Origin: Paraspadella gotoi
Lineage: Eukaryota; Animalia; Chaetognatha
NCBI GenBank assembly: GCA_051294375.1
Contig: CM119265.1
Coordinates: 21,700,278 to 21,764,277 of the forward strand
Reading direction: 5' to 3'
Length of the DNA: 64,000 nucleotides
Positions 13,184 through 26,951 of the stretch are shown one piece after another (the first letter of the stretch is position 1; each line of letters starts with the position of its first letter). The translations under genes were made by a program, and so were the position numbers. The notes under the pieces were generated by a model, which searched no databases, had not been told where the DNA came from, and worked only from the letters and a program-made list of their open reading frames with translations.

Positions 13184-16100
13184 CCTCCCTCGTTAATTTT
13201 TTCTCACCCTCCGTCCAGGCAAAAGCGGAACTAACTTACCTTTTCACGCTACCTCGATTCGCTGCCTTCAACGAACAAGTCACGGGATTCTTGTTCGTCA
13301 GAGGAGTGAACCAAAATGTGAACACTAAGATGCACCTCTTCATCACGAGTTAGCTAAAGATAATAATACGTAGCTGTGTAAAATGTAACATATAAAAAGA
13401 AATAAAAAAAAATTATTATTCAGATTCGAATAGCTTTTCTACGTCAACGCCTGTCGACGACGCGAGCGTCTTGACTCACAAGGAACTCACGCTTTCTCAC
13501 GATACAAACGTTTACGATGTCGTTTTCCCTGCGACCGACAAAAACGACGACCTGCCATTCGTCCACGTCCGCACTGACGTTGATGGTAGCTTTGGAGATT
13601 GATTTTTATTGAATTTTATTTAGATTTTAAATGGTGTTTTAATTTATATCGAAAGCGTTTGTTAACGACGAATTTATTTTATTATCAACGGGCGTATTTT
13701 TGAGTAATTATATTTAATTTTTTTTTAATAATCTCGGCTAAAGATAGATTAAAAAGAAAACTGTGTTAAAACTAAACATTTTTGCAAAGATATGAAAATT
13801 GATTGATAATCACGCATCTACATAATTTTAACGTCGACGTTATTAACAGGCGTCAAGGCGGTGTTGAGCGCGCAGCTTAACGCTGGGGCAGACATAGCAC
13901 GAAACGCGGTGGGGAAAGGAAATATTTTTGTCGAAACCGACAGGACATTCTACAAACCCGCGCAGACGAACGAGGACGAAAAGACTGTGGTCAAGTTCCT
14001 CGTGTTGAGGATGGAAAATGACCTCAAGCCCAGCGCGGGCCCGATACAGGTGAGGGGGAGAAGAGAAGAGAAGAGAAGAGAAGAGAAGAGAAGAGAAGAG
14101 AAGAGAAGAGAAGAACGATAAAAGAAAAAAGAAAAGAGCAGAGAAAAGAAGATACAAGAAAAGATTAGAAGGGATAGGAGAGGAGAGAAGTTGAGAAAAG
14201 GAGTGAATGGTAGAGTAAAGAATAGGAAGCGAAGAAAAGGCAAAATATAACGAACATAAGAAAAGCAAAAAAAGTGACAAAATGGGATAAGAAAAAAGAA
14301 AACGAGAGTAAAAAAAATATTGGGAGGAAAAATAGGAGAAGAGAAGAAAATAAAGTCAAAGGATAAGATGATTTGTATCATCATCATCATCATCATCATT
14401 ATCATTATCATCATCATCATCATCATCTGTGGTCTCATCAATCAGGAATGCGCCGTCAAAGACCCCAGTGGAAAAGATCTCCAGAGGTGGACCAACGTCG
14501 AGCTAAATCACGGACTCGCGAGAATGGAGTACGAGCTCATCATGGAACCGGACGAAGGGGAATACAGTATCGTCTGCTCGGATCCGGACATCGTGGAGAA
14601 AGTCACTTTCAAGGTTGAAAATTTGAGAAGGAATGAAAAGAAAGTAATAGAAACTTCATATACCATGGATGTAATGGACTGTACTAGAGAACCTTGATTA
14701 TATTTTTTTTATTCTAAATTTAGAACCTTGATTAAATGCTACGTTATTATCTTGTAAGAGGGATGGAAGACTCAACCCACCCTCGCAATTAGCCAATCCA
14801 ATGTCAGAACAAAAAAAGAAAACTTATTTATAAAATAACTGGATAATTTTTGTTTGAGTTGTACCAATTTCATAAATAATAAGTAATAAAAAAGGGAAAG
14901 AAACGAAAAAACTACAAAAGAGACAAACAAATGAAGAAAAAACTAAAACAAAAAAGAAAGCCAGCACAACGCAAAAAAAAAAACAAACAAAAAAACAAAC
15001 AAAAAAACAAAACAAAATGTACCCTATTCTTCCTCAGGTTGAAGAGTACGTTCCGCCGACATTTGAGACGACGATTGTGACCACCGACTCTTCCCTCGCC
15101 GACCCGGACATCACCGCGACGGTTTGCGGAGTCTACACCATCGGTCGCCCCGTTCCAGGCCGGGCGGAGATCACGGTGTGCCATTTGGTACATTGGTGGT
15201 TCCGAGGTCGAAGATCTATAGCCATGTCGAACGACAAACTGACTCCCACCAATTGCGTCACGACTAAGCATGATTTGGTCAACGGTTGCGTCACAATCGA
15301 GGTCGGCACTTCGAAATCGAGGTAAGGGGCGACACGGATTTGGCAGAAACAAGAACAATTTGTAAAATTCATATTTAAAATTAAAAGTAATCAAGCCTAA
15401 TCTTGTAGAATTCGAATTGTTATATAGTTTACAATTTGATATTAATATTCTTTCTAGATAAAAAACTTCGTTTAGAATTTTAAAAAACCAAATTAAGTTT
15501 TATTGTTAAGTAATTTAATTAAGTTTTAGTAAGTTGGGTCCTATATTTTTAAAACAAAGGCACTTATAAATTATTCTGTTGAGCATATTTAACATAATAT
15601 ATTTATTACGGTTTTTTCATGATATCCGGCAAACTTTTAAAAAACTATGACTGAATTTGTATTCTTTATTTAATATATATTTATATATTTAAATAACCAG
15701 ACAGACATACCGATCAACTAGTAAAAAACTTACCTTCCTCACTTTCTTTCAGAGATTTCTCGATCAAAGCGACGGTGATCGAGAGCGGAACCGAACACAC
15801 TTACACGACGGAGAAGGAGGTGAGGCTGTCGTCGGAATACTTCAAGTTCTCCCTCCTCCCCGGTTACGATGCTTATCGACCCAACGACCCCGAGAGACTA
15901 ATCAAGATCCGCGTAGACTACGCGGGCGGCTCGCCGGCCATTAACGAGAAGGTCGATGTCGTCGTCGACGCCTATAACGAAACGACGATGACGACGAAGG
16001 CACCCTCGGTCAAGTTCGATAATGTCGCCGTCCAATCTGACGGGGCGATCGATGTTTCGCTCCCCGAGGAGTTCGTCGCGGAGTCGGCGATTCAAGTCAC

Positions 16101-19100
16101 CGTCAGAGCGAAGACGGACGCCGGCGGGAGGGTCGTGTTGAATGAGAGCATCATGGGACGATATCTCATGCGAGAGATTCGGCCAGGTGAAGACCTGATC
16201 TCCGCATTGCCCTTCAAGACGTTCGTCCTGCGGCGGTGGCGGTCGGCATCCAGCCATTCCCTGATTCTGCGACATAAGGAGAAAAAGATCGAGAGCTGCA
16301 CGTCAACGGTGACGATCGCAGCGAACTACGGCGGCGCGAATGGGAATAAGGACCTGCACTACGTGATCGTTTCGCGAAACCGCATCGTTAAGAAAGGCGT
16401 GGCAGTCATCGACGACAAAATAGAATTCCAATTCGTCACTGATCGATCCTGGTCGCCGAAAATCGGCGTCGTTGCTTTCGTCTTCGTCCCCGGTCAGGAC
16501 GAAGTCGTCTCCGACAGCCTTCTCTTAGACACGCCCACCTGCCTGCAGAACGACGTTTCGTTGACGGCGGACAAAAATGTGCGACCCGGCGATGAGGCGA
16601 CGCTGCAGCTGACGGCGGCTTCGAACTCGATGTGCGGCCTGAGGGGCGTCGACAAGAGCGCAGAGTTGCTGGAGGCCGTGGAGAGGATCTCGACGGAGGC
16701 GGTGATGAGAAAGTTTCCCTCGACGCACGAGAAGAAGAAGAAAGGCTGCGAAGAGTCCTTCGAGGATTTCTTCGAAATCGATCTTCAGATCGTGGGCAAT
16801 CTCGTCGAGGAAAAATGCAAGGCACTGTAAGTTGGCTTGTGCTAGTTTGTGCTTGTTTGTGCTCGCTTGTGATAGTTGGTTTTTGTATAAGTTGGTTTAA
16901 ATTATTTTATGAAATAGGCGCAACCACTATAAAAATTATCAATTCATTTCATAAATAAGTTATCTTGCCCCTGACTTATGTTATGTGTAGTGCGTCTTCG
17001 TTGGTGTAATATTGTTGTAGTCTATATTTAATAAACATTGTTTATTGGTTTGGTTACGTTGCGTCGTTTTTTAGTTTTTCTCAACAGTAGTTTAAATGAT
17101 TGTTGGCGGATTGGTGTGGCGTTCTGTCGGTTATAATTTCACGGGTGTTTTTTTTACAGGCTCGAAGGTTTCCCAAATCACCGTCAAGGGGATTTTCGAG
17201 TAATGGAAATGGCTTTCGACGATGCAATGGCTGGTGCTGGTGCTGTAGCGAAGGAATCCGTCAGCGAGCCCATGGCAGTTCCCGAGGAGGGCAAACGCGA
17301 CACAGTGCGCAAGGACTTCCCAGAGACTTGGCTCTGGAAATTGGTCGACGTCACATCCGGCTCCGTAGAGTTAAACGAGAAGGTGCCGGACACGAACACC
17401 GAGTGGCTTCTCCGTGCAGTCTGTCTCTCAACGCTCGATGGTCTCGGCATTTCAGAAGAAATTGGCATAATCGCCCAACTGCCCTTCTTCGCCCGAGTCC
17501 ACGTGCCCTACAAGTCCGTTCGAGGGGAGAGACTCCCGCTCAAGGTGCAAGTCTTCAACAACTTGAAAAAATGCGTCAGATTCAATCTGGAGTTCGAAAC
17601 CAGAGGATCAATGACGATTGAGGATCCCGAGGACGGAAAAGTCGGCTGCGTCTGCTTCGGGGAGACGTTTACAAAGAAGTTCCATGTAACCCCGACAGAA
17701 GCGGGTGAGGTCGAACTCAATGTGACGGCGACTACAGGCGACATCTCAGACGGAAGCGAATGCGGTGGAAAGGAATTCGAGCAGACAGTGTTGAGTGACA
17801 AGGTGGTGCGGAAGATGCTCGTCGTCGTCGAAGGATTCGAACAGGTGTGGTTGTCATGGCAGAAATTGTACTGTAAAGTTATTGGTTCTATTGTGGCGGT
17901 ATATTCAAACCGCCTCACGTCCACCATCCTTTAGCCAAATCCATTGGCTCAGAGGGGGAACCCACCATCCCAGGCGTAGTGTTCCATCCACACCAGTGGA
18001 TCAGGGTAGTTTCTTCCACAACCACATGTATATGAGAAGGAAGAGATCTCATTACATATAATCTCATTACATTCTCATTCTCATTACAATCTCATTACAT
18101 ATTGAAAAGGCCCTTTCCTCTTTCTTTGATCGCTTTGACAATGATAATGATAATAATGATAATTGATTACCGAGCTGAGTTTGATTCTTGACTGTTAAAT
18201 GACCAAGTCCTGTTTCTGAGAATGTCGACGACGTCAAGTATTTTTTTCTGTTGTATTTTAACATATTGCTCTTTATGAAAGCGCAATTTAATTTTTGTTT
18301 AATTGTTTTTAGTTGCGCCGTGAGTACTCGCGGAGCAACTCTATATTCTATAACTTAACTTTCCTGAAGGCGGCGCTACCGTCACTTAGTTTTGAGGTTT
18401 TTTCCTGTCTTAACAAATTAGCAATAAACTATAGGCGAATTGTACCAATTTCATGCAGTTTTAAATGGGACAGACCAACGGACCAGAATGGTGACTTATA
18501 CTTATACTATAAGTCACCTTTCTGGTCCGTTGGTCGGTCCCACTTAAAAATGCATATAATTCGCTTATAGTTTATTGCTCATTTGTTAAGACCGGAAAAA
18601 ACCTCAAATCTAAGTGACTGTAGCGCCACCTTCAGGAAATCCCAAAACTATAAGGAATAAAAGACGGAATTTCGATGCAGTGCATGTCATAAATACACGG
18701 GCTAAGAAAGTTTTTTAGTCATCTTATGTCATGTCAGGTCATGTCATAATATATGATCAAAGGGAAATACACGTGAAAATAAAGTCACTGAGGCGCAACA
18801 CAATGGATAAATCGATCTTGTTAAATAAATTAAATAACTTGTTTATTGCAGGAGGTCGACGTCTCAAAATTAATTTGCATCAACAATGCCGGCGCAATCG
18901 AAAAATATTTCAACTTGGCATTTCACGATGATCACGAGAACGACATCGTCGAGGACTCCGTCCGAGTAATGGTCGAGATCATCGGCGACCCCATGGGGCA
19001 GGCCCTGGGAAATCTCGGTAACTTGGTCAGAATGCCCACGGGTTGCGGAGAGCAGACAATGATCATCATGGCCCCCAACGTATACGTGCTTAAGTATTTG

Positions 19101-22100
19101 GCCGCCACGAAGCAGGTGGAACCGGAAATGCAAGAGTTGGCAAAGTATTTCGCCCTGAAAGGCTACAACAGGGAACGATTAAACTTCCGTCACTCCGACG
19201 GGTCGTTTAGCGCGTTTAAGTCGTTGCCTGGTTCATCCTGGCTGACGGCTTTCGTCATCCGATGCTTCGCCCAAGCGAGGCCGGTGCTGACCACCATGAA
19301 TGACATCGAGAACGTTCTGCAAACTGGGGTTGATTGGTTGTTTCTGCATCAAAACAAAGAGGGAACCTTTGGGGAACCTGGACAAGTGCGTATAACTTCA
19401 TTTATCTGTATTTATCAAAAAGCAGGGTTATGTCGAGCGGATTAAGATGATGAAAGACGATGTCTAATAGACATTGTCTATAATATAGAAGTTTTATAAT
19501 ATATAAGTTTTAATCCGCACGCTAGGTTTAGGCGGGTTAACCAACATCTTGTTTTTTTAAAGAAAACAGCTATATATACAGGGAGGTCCAGCTCTTTTGG
19601 GACTAAATGAAAAAAATTGTTTGGATGGTACACATGTAAAGAATTGTAATGATAACACAATCTATTAAAAAACCATGACCTCGAAGGCGGCATATGCTTT
19701 TGCGTCGGCGCCCGTTGGAAATGCCGCCATTCCTACAATTATTGCCGCTGTTAGAAAGACTATCAAGGATTCATCGTTCTTTTTTTTTTTCTTTTTAAAT
19801 CGAAGGTGCTTCACAGCGAAATGCAGAGTTCAACCGCCTCTTCATTTTCTCTTACCGCTTATATTACGGTCGCGATTTTAACGAGTGGTATCGACTATGG
19901 AAACAAACTGGACAAAACCTTTAATTACCTCCACGGTCAATTGGCAAACCGGGACGACACGACGAAACGGTACGCCTTTATCTTGACCGGTTACGGTTTG
20001 GCCCGGAGTGGGAGAATCGACATGACAGACTGGATCAGTTACAGAACACAAGTGAGTTATAGTTTGTTTTTCATTGTTTACCAAAATGTTGTCAACAATG
20101 ATAAGACTTTTAAAGGAAAGCAAGATTAAAATAATAAAATTTAAAAAATTAAAACCTAAGGCTAAACAAAACTAAAATAAAACCAAATTTTTTTTATTGC
20201 GATGAGACAGAGGGACATCTGATATGATGAGAGGAAGCGAGACAATGACCATTGACCAAGTAAAGAATTCGGATTGGGAACTCAATGAAGCATTTTCGGC
20301 TAAATTAAATCATAGTTTTCTTCTAATAAGTATGTAACAGATGTAACAGATATGTAATAGATGAAACAGATAGGGAGAGAGAGAGATAACAACGTCGTGA
20401 AACCTTGGTCGACTTTAAATTAAACATCCCTAATAACGCTCTTTCTCTTCCGTCCAGAACGCCATCAGAGATCAAGAACAGGGATTTTTGTACTGGTTAG
20501 TCGATGACTCTAAACCGGCTCTGAACGTAGAAGCCACTTCTTATGCTCTTCTGTGGATTTTAACGGAGTCTGATCCCAACAAGAACGACATAATACAAAT
20601 AGTCTCTTGGTTGACGACTCAGCGACAGCAAACGGGCGGTTTCGTTTCAACGCAAGACACCGTCGTCGGTATACATAATGATAAATTATTTTAAAAAATT
20701 TGAACATGCATGTTAAAAACTCTCGATTAAAAGATTTGCAGATTATTGCTATGTAACAAGAATTGGGAAGGAGGACTTTTTAATTGAATAAATGGATATC
20801 ATTTTTTTTTTACCTAATTAACGGGTTTCATTGTCAATTTAGGCCTTCAAGCATTGTCAGAAGCGGCGATAACCTTGTACGCCCCATCTCCGGATTTGAT
20901 CCTGACCGCTGATTGGTCAAGTCTGACTGACTCAACTCGCACCGTGAGGCAATCGATGAATGCTGACAACAGGTAAGTGTGATTTTCAGTGGAAAAATTA
21001 GTGTGGGCGTTCGTTTTTGATGATATTAAAGTCATAAATAGATCGCCTAAAGAAAGATGGAGTAAAGAATAAATACCGCGGCCAACTCTGTGACAATTTT
21101 CTCATCATAATTTTAAATTTTTAAATTTTAAATTTTAAATTTTAAATTTTCATTTTTACTTAGAAGAGAGTTGCGATTTTTTCAGGCTTGTTCTTCAGCG
21201 AAACAAAATTTCAGAGAATCCGGAGAACTTGAAATTGAAAATAACTTCCGTTACTGCACCTGGTATATGCCTCACTGCTCATGCTGTCATGAAATACAAC
21301 ATACGCAATCCTCCCAAGTTGGAGGTCAGAAAAAAAAAAGTTTTATTGAGCTTATTATTAGTTAATAGTTTGATTTGGTCTTTTCATGCTAATAATATAA
21401 AAGGAAAACAAATTATTTCTGGAAGTAACATAATATTTATTTTTAAATAAGCACTGATCTTCAGAGACTTCTGTCTCCCTCAATAAATATTATGTTACTT
21501 CCAGAAATAATTTGTTTTCCTTTTATATTATTGGCATGAAAAGACCAAATCAAACTATTAACTACTAAATCTTCTGCCAAAATCATGACTCTGAAACAAA
21601 TAATGAGCTTATTATCTTGACGGTTAAAATTAAGTTTTTTTTTGTTTGTTTTTTTTTTAGAATCCAATCTCTGATCATTGGCAAGTAACTTTTAGCAACA
21701 CGAATAAGGCCAGGGTCAACGGCCTTAAGGAAGTTAAAGTTTGCGTCGTCAGTAAAGAAAATCAAAAATTGACCATGCCCATCGCAGAAGTTCAATTAGA
21801 AACAGGATTTAAAATGATCGTGCAAGATGTAGCAGGTCAGGTGTTTTTACTTTCCTCGATTAGTTTAGGTAGTAGAATTGTAGTAAAATTGTAGTAAAAT
21901 TGAAAGAAGCATTTTCTGCCACATGAAATAATTGTTTGCTTTTGCTATATAACTATAAGTAAATATTAAGTCTGAAAATTACAAAATTAGATTTTAGAAT
22001 CTTTATTATATATGATTTTGTTTATTTTTTTGTATTTTTTGTGTTAAATTATTTAAATCTAATATTATTTATCTATTATTGTGGAAATTGAGGGAGCATA

Positions 22101-22741
22101 ACTGTGAGAAAAATAGTAAAAAAAGATAGATCTGCTTCTTCACTTTATATAATAATGTTAGTATATCATTACAGCGACGGGGATGACGATTCAAAGGAAA
22201 GAACTGAGCAACGAAGGGGCAACTTGTAATATTTATCTCGATGAACTCGCACTGGAAAAGGATAAGGAAGTCTGTTTCATCTTGCCAACCGAGCAAGAAA
22301 CCGAGGTACATATCACAGATGATAGATGACATATACATGCGATTTTTTAATGTTATATGTTAATATTATTAAATGTTAAAACAATTAAAAATTGTAAACT
22401 ATGGACTACGATGACCGTCGATGCAGATTTTCGGCAGTCATGATTTTAAAAAAACAAACAAACTGGGATTACTTTCTATTTTAAACGTTTTAGCAACTTC
22501 ATCGATGACATCGTGAAATCTTTTTTATTTCACTTAGGTGGCCAACGCGAAAGCTGGACAAGTTAGCATATACGAATATTACGAACCGAGCCATAAAAAG
22601 AGTTTCTCCTTCAAAATGGCCGACTTGGGAAGTGACGGGGATGGCGGCGCGTCCCAAATGACGAGCTGTTTTACGCTCGTCCTCGGGGCTTTGGTTCTCG
22701 GAAGGGCCGCCATGTTTGTTTTGTTAGGAGCATTGGATTAA
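12941..22741 (+). CDS. Thioester-containing protein (alpha-2-macroglobulin/CD109-like TEP), about 16 exons, signal peptide and C-terminal hydrophobic (GPI-signal-like) tail
   Basis: Signal exon MKVAVWGLLLFLSAASQ (12941-12991); IFVETDRTFYKPAQ; SMCGLRGVDKS; RKDFPETWLW; thioester MPTGCGEQTM (GCGEQ at 19041-19055); FRHSDGSFSAF; SWLTAFVIRCF; GQ|VLHSEMQ (His codon 19812-19814); VEATSYALL; GGFVSTQDTVVG; IYEYYEP; tail CFTLVLGALVLGRAAMFVLLGALD*. Confidence 0.95.
14376..14427. repeat. (CAT)n microsatellite upstream of a TEP acceptor site
   Basis: Visible trinucleotide array. A GAGAA array lies at ~14058-14113 in the same intron. Confidence 0.95.
17846..18015 (+). repeat. Dispersed SINE-like repeat fragment (family B)
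   Basis: 17890-17997 is highly similar to the reverse complement of 25080-25185 (tgtggcggtatat...ccattggctcagagggggaac...cccaggcgt.gtgttccatccac). Confidence 0.75.
18310..18639. mobile_element. Foldback/palindromic non-autonomous element; arms 18360-18500 and 18508-18639
   Basis: The arms are reverse complements around a 7-nt loop (gtgacttata cttatac tataagtcac). The arm sequence and the adjacent palindrome ccg.gagtactcgcgg recur at 31345-31497. Confidence 0.8.
21359..21564. repeat. Near-perfect inverted repeat (~83-bp arms, ~40-bp spacer) in a TEP intron
   Basis: 21359-21441 is the reverse complement of 21482-21564. The ORF track shows the same peptide NSLIWSFHANNIKGKQIISGSNIIFI on both strands. 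Confidence 0.92.
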
Positions 22742-23265
22742 CATCAAGCAATTTTTCCGGCTGACATCGTGATCTATTTTGATTTTGTTTTCTGTATTAA
22801 TGCCCACGTTTCTACTTTGTTTACGTGAATTTGAATTTCGAGTTTTTAAGTTTGTTTTTGTCAAGAGTTAATTTTTTTAATGGTTGGTCGGAATTTTTTT
22901 GTTTGACGTTATGCTTCAGACCTTTTTAGATCGCAATCGAACCCAATCGAGATGCGAAGAAAATTTTGAGCCCATCAAATTAGGTTATTTTTGAACAGAC
23001 TATGTATACAATAAAACTAAGTGCTTTTCCAAAAAAATGTAAAAAAATATTCGGAGAAGTCAAAAAGAATTTTCTTCCAATATTACTCAGACGCTTCCGT
23101 CATTCCACAAAATAGCATCAGTGATGCATCAGCTGCATCACTTTTTGGCGATCAATTTTTAATTAATCGCTATTGTTTGTTTTACTTTCATTTCGTTGCG
23201 TTAATTTGTTTGAGGTAGAAAATGAACGATTTGTTAACTTACAACGAGTTTTATTAAGAAACATT

Positions 23266-23312
23266 AATTTCGGACATGTTTCGGCTTCAATCTAAGCCTT
23301 CCTCAGCGCAAA
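23266..23312 (-). ncRNA. Minimal type I hammerhead ribozyme-like motif (Penelope type)
   Basis: Minus strand reads ttgcg-CTGAGGA-a-ggct-tagattga-agcc-GAAA-catgtc-cgaaa, followed by AATAAA. Confidence 0.65.
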
Positions 23313-24118
23313 AAAAAAGGGATTGATTAATCGCAAAAGGAATCCTTCCCATATAAATAAATGTTCAATGTCTTTTACTTCGCACAATTGTTATTTTCTT
23401 TATTAGAATATTCATAGAATTTTAGTTCGGGCATTAGTTTGATTTTTCATTTGTATTAAAGAAAATTATTTGATTGGCCAATTTCAAAACAACAGGGAAT
23501 TAAAATTATTTTTCAATATCGCTCAAAATAGATGTGAAAAGATTAATTACAATGTACCTTGTACCATGACTTTTTTTATGTTGTGCTTATCAAAATGTTT
23601 TTTGGATAAAAATGGATGAAATGGATTTTGTGTTGAAAAAAACGTTCCGAGTTGCACTGTCTCAATTTACTTCTTTCAATTAGATTAGCAGAAATAATGA
23701 TAATTTGTCATGGAGAGCTAGAATAGATAATACACTAAGATGTACATTATACAATATACATTATACATTCTATACAAATATGGCAATATCTAATGTCAGG
23801 AATAAAAGCTTTGTAAGAACGCCCCTCTTATTTAAATTTTAGTGAATTTCGAATTTAGGTACTTTATGGTTGAGAAGATTCTCCGCTTTGAAAAGAACCC
23901 CTTCACATCCTTTTCTTGATGAATTGATCAATTATCGTCACGAGAGAAAAACCCTTTTGTCCTTTGTTTGTCCTAAGAGCTTGGCGGAGTCTAAGTTAGA
24001 CTCAAAGTTAGTTTCATACATAATGCGAATGTTCTTTTTTGGAAGTGGAAAAACATAAAACCTGGTTCCTTCATAACGACATTGGTTTCGTAAATAAAGC
24101 GAAAATAAACTGAAGAAA

Positions 24119-26864
24119 ATGTTTGGTCTGATTTTGTTAATGTTCGTATTGACTTCAAAATTGCAGGTGATAGTGATAATTTTGTGACGGGTTTAATTTA
24201 CTCTATCGTATAACGTCCCTTGAAAACGGCTCAATCTTGTGACAAGTTTCTCATTATCCCAAATTGAGCAGCATTAATTAGCATGAGCGATTTGCGATTT
24301 TTTACTTTTTTAGTATACAAACAATTGTTGCCTCACGAAATTTAGCTAGTTAAGTACATTTAATACTGGCAAGTTTAATTTTAAATCATTTTTTTAGGCC
24401 AAAATGATGTACTTGTTGACAGTTCCGCGTCTCACAGTCGTCAATCGTCCGTTCACCGGTTGCATCACGGCGCGAGACGTCGACTCGCAACTTAATCTCA
24501 CCATCTACGTTTCTAGTAATTTCTACATGAGAATTCAATTAATATTTTATCATAACTGATAACATGATCCAAGTAGAGTTTTAGTTTAAATGGTCACACA
24601 ACTCGATAGTTATCATGCATCAGAGATGTTTTCCCAAGCTCGATCTCCAAAAACTGTGATAGTCCGTCAATAAATAAAGGACCCGGCTGTAAGCTTTTTG
24701 TTACCAGTATTAAACTAGGTTTAACTCAGCCCAATTTTCAAAAGGCTCAGCGAACTCATCCGACCTCGGTAAGACCGCGATCGTGGCCTCTGCCGAAGCG
24801 ACGCTCCGCCCGACGATCGGCGTCAGCGTCTCCCACTCGTGCTTCCGATTTCGGTCGCGGGGGACGGCGATGGAACCGGAGCTTTATCTACATCTCTACC
24901 AGGGACGGGAGAAGGGTAATCCTCGTCGTCTTATATTTTAATGTACACGGATGATTTCTTTTTTTACACTATGGCAACAGCCGGGTTTGGGGGCTTCCGA
25001 CCTTCAGTGACGCCTCCAGTCACTGGCGAGTTAACCCTAGGTTCGGCCTCGCTTTGCCAACGTAGAGGGAAGCCGTTAGGACTGTGGATGGAACACAACG
25101 CCTGGGATTGTGTGTTCCCCCTCTGAGCCAATGGGATTGGCTGAAAGATGATGGACGTCAGGCGGTCTGGATATACCGCCACAACACATTTTTTTAAAAA
25201 TAATTTTCTCGGTTCTCTGTTAGATAGAATATAATACAGAATATAAAATATAGAAGAGAATTGAATAATCGACAACCATACCGGCATACCCTTAACAACC
25301 TCATCAACAAAAACTACCGTCTTAGAATAACAACGCCTGCGGTTTTTCATCCACAGACAAAAAACGGCGCCATCTTTCCTCCTCGCGGCTAAACGAGAAA
25401 CACGAGCGACGCGCCCTATCACAGTTTTTGTTTTTGGAGTTCGACAAGAGGGTCTACCGAAGCGGGCAGACAGTCAAACTGCGGATCCTGAGGACGGGCG
25501 ACGATCTTAAGCCGAGGAACGAATCAATCGAGGTGAGCAGGAAAACAAAAGGCAATCCAACTTTTTTTTTTCTCATTCTCTTTAAAATATTGCAAAAGTT
25601 TTAGTAAACTTTTTACATAATCCCATTAGCGGAAAGGAATAACATTTTAAATGTCAACACCGATAATTTATTTTAATTTGGGGCACGTTTCGACTCTGAT
25701 TGCGAGTCTTCTTCAGCGCTTTTACAATTTGTGATTTCACAATATTTTATTCCTTCCCGCTAATATAAAACACAACGAACTGAAAGAAATTTACACAATG
25801 TCATAATCCCATTAAAAAATAGGTGCGATGACGACATTTTAGTAACTGATTTCTGCGATTATCACAGATTCACACAAAATAATAAAGCAAAACAAAAACA
25901 AAAGGCTTCTCGCTCCTAGGAATGCCGTTTGTTACACCCGTCGAAATTTCCAATAGACGAGCGCCGCGACGTGGCGCTCACCGGAGGGATGGCGGAGCTG
26001 GAATTCCCGCTACGCAACGCTGACCGGGGACGCTGGACGGTGGAGTGCGATTATCGCGAGACGCCAGGAGGAAAAGTCATTACTAATCCCAGTTATTTTA
26101 TGGGGAGTTGAGTGTTAATAGATTTTATGCATTACTTGTAGATTATTAAAGTGTCAAAGTCTGGTGGTCCTATCACCACAGATGGATTAAAGCTGTTTCT
26201 TTCGCAGCGCCTCAGTGGCTCAGTGGACTAATGCACCATCCCAATGTGCGTCCCTGGTTCGAGCCCTGAGGTTGTCATGTAGAAAGTGGGATGGACCGGG
26301 TAACCCGCCTGTAGGCATGGGCCTACTGCCAGATCCAAAGCTCTGGACTACATGAACATGCTGTCTCGCTGTCGCCACGAGGTGACACCGCTGCGGGTGT
26401 GGCGCCCTGTAAAACCAGCCTCTTCAAAAGCATTAAATTACTCAAGACCATTTTATCAAACTGAAATTTAAAACTAGGTCTTGATTGTTAAAAATGTTCT
26501 TTTACTAAGCATACAGTAATTTAAAATATTCTCGATTTTTATTTTAACATGTCCGAGTCGTAAGGAGAAACAAACCGTTGGCATTCGAGTCAAAATTGTT
26601 ATAAATATTTTTAAAGGTGAGGAATTTCGACACAAACGACTTTTCCATCGAGTTCGACTACACGCGCTCCATCCGACCTACCAGGCTCGCCGTGCCGTTC
26701 AAGCTCTGCGCATTCTACTCGGGGCGTCGTCCGGTGCATGGTCGAGGTTGGATGGAGTTGTGTCCGCAAGAGTTCACGTCACGAACCGACACCTGTCGGG
26801 AGGTGGAGGCGCCTTTGGACAACGGGTGCATTAAGATCACCGTCGACGCGAGTGATCGAAGGTG

Positions 26865-26951
<87 letters not shown>

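Noticed and set aside
14373-14618. Poly-His ORF suggesting a metal-binding peptide
   Set aside because: It is an off-frame reading of a (CAT)n intronic microsatellite running into a TEP exon.
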